From Sphaeroforma arctica JP610 (taxonomy: Eukaryota): 35,304 nucleotides of DNA. The position numbers were made by a program, and so were the translations under genes. The DNA lies in the NCBI RefSeq assembly GCF_001186125.1, contig NW_014039903.1, positions 17,403-52,706 of the forward strand, read 5' to 3'. Of this stretch, positions 25,123 through 35,304 are shown piece by piece. Position 1 is the stretch's first letter; each line of letters begins with the position of its first letter. The notes under the pieces were generated by a model, which saw only the letters and a list, made by a program, of their open reading frames with translations, did not search any database and was not told the DNA's origin.

Positions 25123-25497
25123 TTATGCGTCAATGCACGAAAGCTCAAGAGCAGCACTCATGCCGTCGGTTACTTCGCTAGTGGAGCACTCAAGTCCTTG
25201 TTCAAGAGGATAGACACCAGCGTCTGGGGTGCAGGCGTCGTCGTTGACCCAAATGTTAGCTGTGTATACGCCAGCTTCACATGTAGCTGCGGTGTAGTAA
25301 GAATCCGATCCTTTCTTGTAGAACTCGTAACACTGGCCATCAACTAATGTTGTGAAATCAAGAAGCGCCAGACCTGCGCACTTTGTTCCCAGAAAAGCCT
25401 CGGCTTGGACCTCGGCGCAGCATTCGTCGTTCTGACGGCGGCCCATGGCGGCAGCAGTGGCGGCGAGGACAGCAATGGTTGCAATGGCGAACTTCAT
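25123..25497 (-). CDS. Small secreted acidic Cys-rich protein (124 aa; signal peptide, RR dibasic site, 8 Cys), family unknown
   Basis: Intronless ORF with MKFAIATIAVLAATAAA (signal-peptide-like) followed by MGRR-QNDECC. The start context is AAAATG and there is a TATAAA at 25579-25574. A conserved paralog ~4.1 kb away differs at many third codon positions. Confidence 0.88.
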   Translation of the reverse strand: MKFAIATIAVLAATAAAMGRRQNDECCAEVQAEAFLGTKCAGLALLDFTTLVDGQCYEFYKKGSDSYYTAATCEAGVYTANIWVNDDACTPDAGVYPLEQGLECSTSEVTDGMSAALELSCIDA

Positions 25498-27250
25498 TTT
25501 CGCTTAATATTAGATGATGTTTGCTTTTCGATGTGAATTGGAAAGTGTCAATGTATTGAAGCTTACCAGGTAATTTATACTGGTTACAGTCCCTCTGAAA
25601 AGCCTCCAGCAGTACATGGATCAGGCTTGTTATCCAGCATTACATGGATCAGTTGTGTTCAGTGTACAGTGTACATTTAAACCCCATTTAATTGAATTTT
25701 CACTGATCTGGTAGAACAGAATCTGGTGGGTCAGAACTCAGAAGATACATAATCGGACACTGCTGGTCTGCTCTCTATTTATTTATGTGCTGGTAAACCA
25801 AATCAATAGCTGTATCATTGGTGCTAAAGATCACATAAATGCCCATTGGCTTATAAATCTAACGAGAAGTTCTATGAAATAAAATAAAACAGTAAAAGTG
25901 AAAACTCGAATAGTTCACTTTATTGAGTCGGGCTCGAGGCCCCTTTTGGTCAAGAGTCGATACTCGAGACACCTTCAAAATGCAAAGATAAAATACTGTC
26001 ACCAGCAACTAGAGAGTGCAGAGACCAGATGATAAAAACGAAATATCACCCAGAGTTAACCCTGTGCTGGGCTGTGGGCAGTTGGCTGATGGTCGTGGGT
26101 TGTGGGCTGTGGGGCTGTGGTGGGGCTGTAGCTGTGGGTCTGTCCTGAAAAAGATACCAGATCTGGCTTCAGTCTAGCTTTTATTCTTGAGATTGAGAGT
26201 GATTGCTCCTCATCAATAATCCCTTATTAGGGCATAAATTCGTTGCTCTAAATAACCGGAACTTGAAATTCCACAGGCTAAATTAAGCCTGAGTAGCTCC
26301 AAAAAGCCTGTCTTTGATCCGGTGTATTGACAGTATTTATTTATCTAAATAGTAAATACTTGCTTTTTGGTTTTGTTTGTTTTTGTTTAGAATTTTTTTT
26401 TGATAATACAGTAGGTATTTTTATTTATTTAAAAACATAAAAAAGGGTTTGGGGTTTAGCTGGCTTGGCACGGGCCAACTGGAGTGGCCGAATCTTAGAA
26501 AAAAACAATGACCTGCGGCTTGGCATCAAACCGGTTTCCAATAAAACGGTTATAATACGTTTACGTTCAACTTTTATTCCATATAGGGTCCTTTGGATGC
26601 TCACAGGTGCACCTTTTAGGTCTAAATATTCAAGTATTCACGATTTTGAAAAAACAAACTAGTCCTAGAAACAATTTAGGTAGGCCCTACTGTTCATATT
26701 ATTATCGTTATAGCGTTTTAAAATTGAATAAATATGCGTTTATGATAAACTTCTATTTCGTACTCCCATAACGTAATGAGCTTAGCCTGCGGCTGTGGCC
26801 TGTGGGCCCGTGGGGCTGTGCTCAGTGTGCTGAGTCCCGGACTCCTGTGTGACTCCTTTTTCAACCAATGAGAACACATAGTTTTTGTTTTTCGAAAATT
26901 CATTAAACAACAAGGTGTTCAGAATTTGTTGTTAAAGGCTAACGAAAAACGAGAATACGTACCGTTAAAGTACGTTTGTCGACTGTGACGTAGAATAAGT
27001 AAATACATTTCATTGGTAGAATGGAAAACCGCCCTTTTACAAATGTGATGTCAAATGTTGTGTGTTTTCACTGTTTTGAGCGCTCAATTCAATTGTGCAC
27101 ACACACATATATGAAGTTGTCGGTTATAGGTAGATCCACACTCAATTATCTATGGAAACAGTACAAAGGGAACATAGTCGAATACAAACATAAAACGAAG
27201 AATATGAAGGAATCATATTGCACAAGTGTTATTGACTCGCAAACTATACC

Positions 27251-28436
27251 ATGTCGGCATCGCAACAGCAGGCTAATGCAGCATCGAATCCGAATACTAT
27301 GGGGACGCAGCACACAGCATCAACTTCCTCAGGGATTGAAACCTATCCTATGCAGAATGCTAGCACTCCGCCGTCGAATCAATCGATGGCGATCACTTCT
27401 CAAGCATCTTCGAGCTCTTCAGGTACTTCATCGGATTCGCAAGGAGAGACAGATTTTCAAGGAGAGACAAAGAATGTAACGAGGCGCACACAGCAGCCAA
27501 ATTATACAGCATGGCTTCGTGAATCGGCGTATAAAGAACGCACACGATGGGAAGAAATGCTAGGTTTTAGACGAAATAATTCTAAGTGATGGTGAAGCCG
27601 ATACAAGCGATTCTGACAGCGATGACGATAACGTTGACGATGCTATTCTGGAAGCACGAGTAACTAAGCACGCTGACAAGTTAGCTGAAAGGCGTAGAAA
27701 GAAGTCACAGTATCCAGCCTCTCCTCCACTCGAACAGTGGAAAAAAGACTGGGATGTCCTGAATGCTACCCAGAAGAGCATGGTTGAGCGAATAGGACGA
27801 GTCGATCCTATGGATATGACATATACAACACAGGCCCGAAAGATGTTTGGAGACATTATTTGCAAGACAGCCGCGAGAAACAGACTAATCTCTTGGTGGA
27901 AAGATGCCATATCTAGCTTTGCGATTGTGCAAACAAATAAGAAGAAATCTGGCCATCATGCGCCTACATTTATGGATGTCTTTAATGGTAAGATTTGTGC
28001 ACTGATGCTGTACACATACATATTGCCACGTGGGGAGGGTGCTTTAGAAGCACTCTGTGCTGTTGCAGGAGGCCCACTAACTACTAGGATGTCTAGTGCG
28101 ATTGAATGGGAAGACACAGAAGTTACTGATTGCACTGACTCCGGTGTGTCCACAACATCAACCGGACGTACACGTAGCGCCAGACATGAAAAGGAGCTAA
28201 AGAGGAAAGAACTGGCCATGAAAGAATTGGCGCGTTCAAAGGTAAGCGACGAAGCTATGAACGAAGCATTTTTAAAGGGGGTACAGATGTTCATTGATAG
28301 CGACAACGTGCGAGACATAGCTACACTTTCAAAAGAATAATTGGCACTCCAGAAAGCTATACTAGAAGTTGATGATGATGCAAAGCTAGAAAAAATGTTT
28401 ACCAAAGCACTCCGAAAGGCAAAAGATGAGTTTTAG
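27251..28436 (+). pseudogene. Putative Harbinger ORF1 (accessory/DNA-binding partner), disrupted
   Basis: Ser/Thr-rich N-terminus, acidic patch (DSDSDDDNVDD), central KKSGHH...F...G...LY block and a coiled-coil-like end (RHEKELKRKELAMKE). There is a frame change near 27476-27563 (frameshift or 88-bp intron) and an in-frame TAA at 28338-28340, after which the frame continues to 28436. The assignment rests on position and architecture. Confidence 0.55.
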
Positions 28437-29374
28437 GCTCTACTAGGTTATTGTGTATACTACATAGTGTATAATGGAAATAAATGAAAATAAAACAATT
28501 ATAGAGCAGCAGATATTTATCATTTATATTATCAATATCTTTATATATCTATATATACATATAAATACATTATATATATATATATATANNNNNNNNNNNN
28601 NNNNNNNNNNNNNNNNNNNNNNNNNNNNNNNNNNNNNNNNNNNNNNNNNNNNNNNNNNNNNNNNNNNNNNNNNNNNNNNNNNNNNNNNNNNNNNNNNNNN
28701 NNNNNNNNNNNNNNNNNNNNNNNNNNNNNNNNNNNNNNNNNNNNNNNNNNNNNNNNNNNNNNNNNNNNNNNNNNNNNNNNNNNNNNNNNNNNNNNNNNNN
28801 NNNNNNNNNNNNNNNNNNNNNNNNNNNNNNNNNNNNNNNNNNNNNNNNNNNNNNNNNNNNNNNNNNNNNNNNNNNNNNNNNNNNNNNNNNNNNNNNNNNN
28901 NNNNNNNNNNNNNNNNNNNNNNNNNNNNNNNNNNNNNNNNNNNNNNNNNNNNNNNNNNNNNNNNNNNNNNNNNNNNNNNNNNNNNNNNNNNNNNNNNNNN
29001 NNNNNNNNNNNNNNNNNNNNNNNNNNNNNNNNNNNNNNNNNNNNNNNNNNNNNNNNNNNNNNNNNNNNNNNNNNCATATATATGTGTGTACACACACACA
29101 CACACACACACGTGTACACGTGTACATAACGCGCATACGTGAACACAAACTACCAAACACACATGGATCAATGCAAGCGCGTGTGGGAGTCTTTGCTCCT
29201 GCACACTTGAACTTGAATTGGTTTGTGCGTGCTTTGTTATTTGTGTGTATGTGTACATGATTGTGTGCGGGTGTACATGTTTGTGTGTATCCGCGCTTAT
29301 ATATATTGTTTATTATCTTGTTCCATTCTTGTTTCTTTCCAGATTTGGATCAGGCCTGCATAATTTGATGTTCT

Positions 29375-30541
29375 CTATTTACTGCTTGATAACTTCGCGC
29401 TCTGTTTGCATCTAAGGGACGAAGGCCGGAGAGTACGGTTGGGATGCCGAAATTGTGGTCCTAGACGCCCATTTATATCTATACGCGGTGCTCCTGCATC
29501 TAGATTATTAGTTCGTCTATATCCATCTCCTGATAGACAATAATTATGTAGCTTAGCTAGAACTGTAACAACTCTTGGAGCGCGTTTAAAATCTAAACGC
29601 AAGGGTTGCCATAGAAGGCCCCATTTTCGAGATTGGGACTGGAAATAATCGTATGCGTCCCATGCATCGCCCAATGCTTCACGAGTGCCAGGATAGGGGG
29701 GTGTAAGCAGATGGTTGGTACATCTGTAGGCGGAATCACCCAGTACGTAGTAAAATATGGGTAAATTCTCCACTAGCAGGTCAAACCTGCTATATTCCCA
29801 AGCTTGACGATCATGCATACTACCATATACCCTGATAGAAAATGCAACAGACTTATAGTTTGCATCACACATGGCTTAGGCATTGAGCCCATAACCAGTC
29901 TTATGTCCAGAATATAAACGACGCCTATACTGACATCTATTTAATGGAGGAAAAGCTACGCACACAAATAAGCCATCGGCGACGGCAACACCACGGCTAA
30001 TCACCCCGTGAGTAGAGTGTGATTTGAACTCTTCTGCTGCTTTGGCAATCTCTTCTTCCTCTTTTGGAAAGTGGAAGTACAGGAAACTCAAACCATCAAT
30101 TGCGTATAAAACTCTCCAGAATATGTAGTAAACAGCAGCAGAAGAAATCCCAAACGCAATTTTAATATCTTGGCATTTTCCGCCGGCTGCTATACGCAAG
30201 AAGACAGCAAGTTGTACCTCCACATCTATTACACCTCCTCTCAACATGCCCATCTTTTTGTTTCTTCTGCATGTTTCGTTTATCTCACGTGCAAGAAACA
30301 AAAACTTTGGGTACTTCATACAAAAAGTGTTCTCAAAGCTGCGTTCTGCTTGTAGCAGAGCGCAGAGTGTTTGCCAGTTCGCGCGAGTACGAGCAACAAG
30401 CGTCCCTCTATTGCACTTCACCTGAAAGCTGTAAAGTCCGTCACCCACTCTATCCCTTTCCATTGCTCTCAGCAGCAAGTAAGGTTTAGACAGCATCACT
30501 CGTCGCTTGTGTGTTACCGCCTTGTTCTTCAAGAGCGACAT
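29375..30541 (-). pseudogene. PIF/Harbinger (HARBI1-like, DDE_Tnp_4) transposase, inactivated
   Basis: HTH-like region (QLAVFLRIAAGG...AFGISSAAVY), then VADGLFV (D1), SGHKTGYGLNA*AMCDA, GSMHD, LGDSAY (D2), HLLTPPYPG and LHNYC. An in-frame TAA at 29878-29876 replaces the usual Gln, and the IERAFG block is missing. Confidence 0.9.
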
Positions 30542-30999
30542 TGTTATTATGAACTACTTCCTGTATATAGTATAGTACACTACAACCAACAGAAGATTCA
30601 TAAAGTATGTATGCAATGATGTACTGTACTCTAGTATACTATAACAAACAAAAACTAAAAAGTATGTTTACAAAATGTGAAAATGTCAAAACGGCTCACA
30701 CAACGATGCTTTGACACTCAATATTCTACCATATTGCAACCAATAGAAAGACGCAGCATTGCTCGTATATTTTGAGCGGCATATGTATACTAATTTTTAT
30801 TGGATTTCATCAACCACTATGATGGCTTTATTCTCAAAATTTACGGTTTCAATTCCAACGGCTGGGATGGCAAAAAAAAAAACTGAGCCAAGGACCGTCG
30901 CAAAAGTACCCTTTAATTTTATTTACTTTTAATGCAGACCTCTCGTTATGAAATTGTTTTTTATAAAACAATACATCCCAGTATTTACTTATGTATTGT

Positions 31000-31248
31000 G
31001 GGGCCGGAAATAATTGGAAATTGAGAAAACGAATGGAAATCCGAGTGCTTTGTACTGAAAAGTCAAAAAGACTGGATCAAATCCGGTTTTTGGATATATA
31101 AATATATTCAGTATAAATGTATGGTTTGGACAACTCATGGACTTTTTTTATTGACCAAAAAACGCGGGGTATGCTCTACATAAATATCGAAAAACCCTAT
31201 TTGATTTCAGTCTTTTTCAATATTTCTCAATTTCCATTTTCCGACCCC
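31000..31248. mobile_element. MITE-like element (~250 bp) with long imperfect terminal inverted repeats
   Basis: Left end ggggccggaaataattggaaattgagaaa, plus aaaaagactggatcaaatccggtttttggatat (31065-31097), matches the reverse complement of 31184-31248 (ggggtcggaaaatggaaattgagaaa...aaaaagactgaaatcaaatagggtttttcgatat). Confidence 0.75.
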
Positions 31249-33243
31249 TATGTAGTAGACCCCTATTTCGAGAAAAAATAAATTATACTGGTGTAAATAT
31301 GTAGTAATACATATAAATACTCTCTCTACAGATAATTTTTTTATTCGTTTATAATTTATACCAACTATTTAGAACCAACTAACAAGTATTCACTATCGGT
31401 TAACGTCTCCCGAGTCCCCCACCCCCCAGAGGGGCCCTGAGCCCCAAACTCCAGACTCCAGAGTGAGCAATAAAATGCTCGGTTCATTGACATCTTTAAT
31501 TGATTATTTATACATATTGCATAGCATTCTAATATGTAAATCTAAATCGAACATGCTTTATTTTTGTTCTTGAATTCCTTTTGTTTGCCTTTTCATGAAA
31601 ACAAAACAAACACAAATTGTCTATTTAAAAAAAATAAAAATAATAAAGTTTTCTTAGCCTTTGTCGAGTATTAAAAATATTTTTATAGTTGTTTTATTTT
31701 AAAAAATAGACCACCAATAAAAATAGTGCGACAATTATTTGTTTTTGGAATTTGTTTAAAAATACACAAATCAAAACTCACAAGACAAATATTTTATAGA
31801 GAAAATTTGCATAGCCATCAGTTATCAGCCAGTAGCCAACAAGCATGTGGTTTTTTAAAAATATGGCTATGACAATATTTATTTGAAGTTAGCCTAATAT
31901 AGTAATATAGTATCAGAATAAATTTCGGTTGTAGAACATTTAGAGCAAATATTAGAAACTGTTTATATGTGTGCCATGTTGTTAAATTCCAATCTATCAT
32001 ATCAAAACCCACGTGCTCATAGAGAGACATATATATTGGGGTTTTTAGTGTTAAATAAACAGTACAAAAAAGAAATAGGCCCCAGTCTGAAGAATAAAAA
32101 ATGTAGATAGGCTCGTAGCTTCTGCCTCTTGTGTGGCCTGCTCTTGTGCCTTGTGGAAGCATTGAGTGTACCATTATCGTACTACCGTTGTACACTTCTT
32201 CAAAAATGTATTTTCGTCTAGTAACTTAAAATTTCTTTTTACCAGCACAGTATATATAGAAATAGCAATGAAAATGTTGGATCCGTTCACGTGCAAAATC
32301 ATCGCTGCCTCTTGGGCTTAAATGTAGTATTATAGATAGTACACTCGTTAAACAAAGGCACAAACTGAAAAGTATGTCAAACTTGAATTTACTGATTGGA
32401 CATTTCCACTATGCTCTGGAACACAAATTCTGAACACAATCGATTTGGTCAAGGATTCTGGAATGTTGCAAATGGATTTTGGACTCACTCAGTACTTGTG
32501 TGAGTACATGTGTCGACTAGTAAGTATCTTTCCGAATAGTACGCCCATTTATCAGTCTTAGCTCGTATCTGGCTACGATCAAATAGAAAGTTTGTTATTT
32601 ATTGTGGATTCTTTGAGTGTTTTTGCCTTACTTTTCAGTTGGCAACTCGTACATGATTGTAAAATGCAATCCCTCGTCGTTGTAAACACTATAAGAGCAT
32701 TTACGCTAATGCGTGTTGAAAGGGAACGTATCGGCTGCAACAGGCCACGTATAAACGACTATGATTACTTCTCGTATTTTATCTGAATCACACAACATAA
32801 TCTGATAGGTTCGAAAAGCCATCAGTTTAATGCAGGTTGTATTAAAATAAGCACAATGGTGAGAGTGAACTTCATATCAAAAACAACACAATTATCAGCA
32901 CAGGATTTGATTCGAGTCAAATACGCATACATCTATAAAATGTTTTCCATACATTCTCACTATGGTATTTAATATCAACCAGTGCCCTATACAGTAATCC
33001 AAAGTATAAGTAAAAGCGATTTAAGTTTTATAACACGGAGGCTATCATTTTGGCTGGAACCTTTTTGAGGAGAAATTTTTATACCTGCATGTACAATCCA
33101 TGCAAATGGTGATGTTAATCAGCTCATCTGTACTACTGATCATTCAAATGGCTTCTCCCAGCTTCTCGAGAAACTATCCACTACCTGATTATGTACAAAC
33201 TATGCAACTCAAAAATATGTTTAATTGCAACTTAAAAATATGT

Positions 33244-34882
33244 TTAATGTGTAATCCTTTCCAGTTCTGTCAGTATGGTACTACACCCGAGTATGTACCC
33301 CGTATCCACCCCTCCATCATTGATCGGAAATGGATGGGCAAAATCGATCATTTTAACTAAAGGCTTCTTATTTGATGCTGAAGGATCGCCCTCATACACC
33401 ACGAGCAGCGACGATCCATAGAGCCTGGGACGGGTTTAGAGTCGTGTACTCAGAATCAATTAACATTACAAACCCAACATTGAAACAAAAAGTATGATTG
33501 ACAATCACCAACGCCGGGGCGCATATCAGGCATACATAAGTGCCCGGGAATCTTTTGAACAAATCACAGGAGAGGGGGGTAAAGTCAAGTCGAAGAAATT
33601 GTTGTCCGCAGCAACTGCTGGGATTCACACGCTCTACAACATATCTTTCTGACGCCTACATGCGCGTACACAAGATCCATAGTCTTGAAGCATTACAGAT
33701 CAATATCTCATAGGTGCAAGTAGGTTCGAGCAACGTATACACATATACACGAAACATTGCCAAACACATATAGGTTTGGGTTTTAGACGGCCACCAAAAC
33801 ATAAAAATAGTATTATGACCAAATTCAACGGCCACTTGTAGTTGTGTCGGTGTTATAGTTGCTCAGGCACGGCAAAGATGATCGAGTCTATACAGACAAA
33901 TAGGCATACACACGCACATATGAGCATGAAAGCCGACGTCTACGGGCATGGCGTGGTATAAACTTTACTGTGATGTGTATCATATGCATAATATGCACAC
34001 GCTTCATGTATGTATGTAATACACAGATGCAGAGGTCAAGCACCAAGCATGTTAAATATAGAATAAGTAAGGCATGTAACCTACACTCACCGAGTGGCAT
34101 AAATGGGAGGCTCAACCTTGAAGAAGGATGCAAAATTTAAACATCAATAGGTGACGGCAAGTCCGGCTGAGTGTCACTTAGAAGCGTGAATTGTCATGCC
34201 GTATCGGTAGCCGAATTCTTATGCCCTCGTTAGAACAGTTAGAACACGGAACTACTCGACAATCTGCACCTGCAAACCACCCAATAATCTTACACCCCAC
34301 CGTACACTCTTTCCAGACCTCATTCACAATGTTTCACTCCAGAGAATACTCACACCTACCTCATGAAAGGATGGTTTTCCAGCGTCAATTTGATCTTCTC
34401 GATTTGATCACGGACATCAGAGACTACATCTTTCCGTAGTGCATCTGTGCCGTTATCGAAGAACCGCTCCAGACCCGCACCCACGGTCGTCTCGTCGATG
34501 GCCATACACCACTCACGCTCCGTTTTACTGTAGGACTCTGTGGCCGGTTGCCACACCTGTTGTAAAGGTCATTGTATCAATGAATTATAAATATATGGGT
34601 ATCTACACGTGGCGATGCGTGCACATTGATATCCGCACCCGATCGATATGGTCCTCAAACATTTCGACACTTATTCAGCACTACACACCTTCATGCCCAC
34701 GAATCTGAATCCAAGAGTTTTCTGAGGCGGATATTTCTTTTCCTCGCGTGCAATCTTTTCAGGCGTCGCATCCTCTCCGTATGTCTTTGTACCCATTTTC
34801 AAATCCATGACACAAGGGCGCACAAAGCCGTACACAGAGTTCTCCATCACCAGATAGTCTGTGTCTCCCTCTGTTTTCACAC
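33244..34882 (-). CDS. IPMK: Inositol polyphosphate kinase, IPMK/Ipk2-like (5'-partial, last three exons)
   Basis: Exons 34882-34689 (YLVMEN...RPCVMDLKMG, the PxxxDxKxG motif, then LGFRFVGMK), 34556-34360 (VWQP...LERFFDNG...LENHPFMR) and 33424-33244 (LYGSSLLVVYEGD...VKMIDFAH...DTGYILGC...ITH*). Phases are consistent and the SSLL and IDF motifs are intact. The last exon is absent from the ORF track. Confidence 0.88.
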
Positions 34883-35256
34883 CTAGATACATTTGTAGTT
34901 TAAGTATATTTGAAGGAAAAAAGAAGCAACCAAATGGCTGGCTGGTTGATCACAGGGCAGAATCCATCACCAGAAAGAATTCTGGGATTCAGCTAGAGAA
35001 CTCACCACTGGAGAGTTGATGCCCACGGATAATAATCAATTTGGAGAACAGTACGGGCAATTCACAATTCGCTTCTCTTCACTACTCGATTAGATTGTCG
35101 AAATTTCTGACAATGTCCCACAAATGCATAGAGAGTACGTTGAATGTATGTCGCACTAAAATAGCCAAAAGTGGCGAATATCTAAACATGAAAACATGCA
35201 CAAATTACATCAGATATTGAGCAGTTTGCTTTTCATATTTCACAAGGCATGTTTGC

Positions 35257-35290
<34 letters not shown>

Positions 35291-35304
35291 GATATATATA
35301 ATAA

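Larger units (their letters stand above)
26965..30916. mobile_element. Degenerate PIF/Harbinger DNA transposon (accessory ORF1 plus convergent DDE transposase); ends approximate
   Basis: Two convergent genes, as is common in Harbinger elements. The candidate termini are weak: ttaaagtacgtttgtcgac at 26965 versus the reverse complement of gtcgcaaaagtaccctttaa ending at 30916. Confidence 0.7.

Noticed and set aside
28338..29878. In-frame TAA in both transposon genes as evidence for a TAA=Gln genetic code
   Set aside because: Host genes here end at TAA/TAG normally and have no internal stops. A CAA>TAA mutation in a decaying element is the simpler explanation.
31801..31880. Short inverted repeat catagccat/atggctatg
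   Set aside because: Too short in AT-rich DNA to call an element without other copies.
34091..34263. Apparent IPMK exon (RLSSSSVF*) with stop codons and a 9-bp tandem duplication, suggesting a pseudogene
   Set aside because: The true terminal exon with intact SSLL and IDFAH motifs is at 33424-33244 in the correct phase, so this segment is intronic.

Overview
Eukaryotic genomic scaffold with GT-AG introns, four N gaps and AT/CA microsatellites. Chk1 and the intron style suggest a unicellular opisthokont, possibly an ichthyosporean; that is inference only. The left ~17.4 kb holds a head-to-head gene pair sharing a ~1 kb promoter with E2F-type sites. One is a Chk1 checkpoint kinase (minus strand, 10 exons reconstructed, runs off the left edge). 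The other is a 7-exon, ~2424-aa protein resembling an uncharacterised plant ARM-repeat family. The AT-rich right half is an accessory region with three components. First, an old ~4 kb tandem duplication in which each unit carries a small 8-Cys secreted-protein gene plus a decayed companion sequence; one gene copy has lost its ATG. Second, a disabled two-gene PIF/Harbinger transposon with a MITE beside it. Third, the 3' exons of an intact inositol polyphosphate kinase (IPMK/Ipk2 family). Exon structures were derived by hand, and family calls come from recognised motifs rather than database searches.
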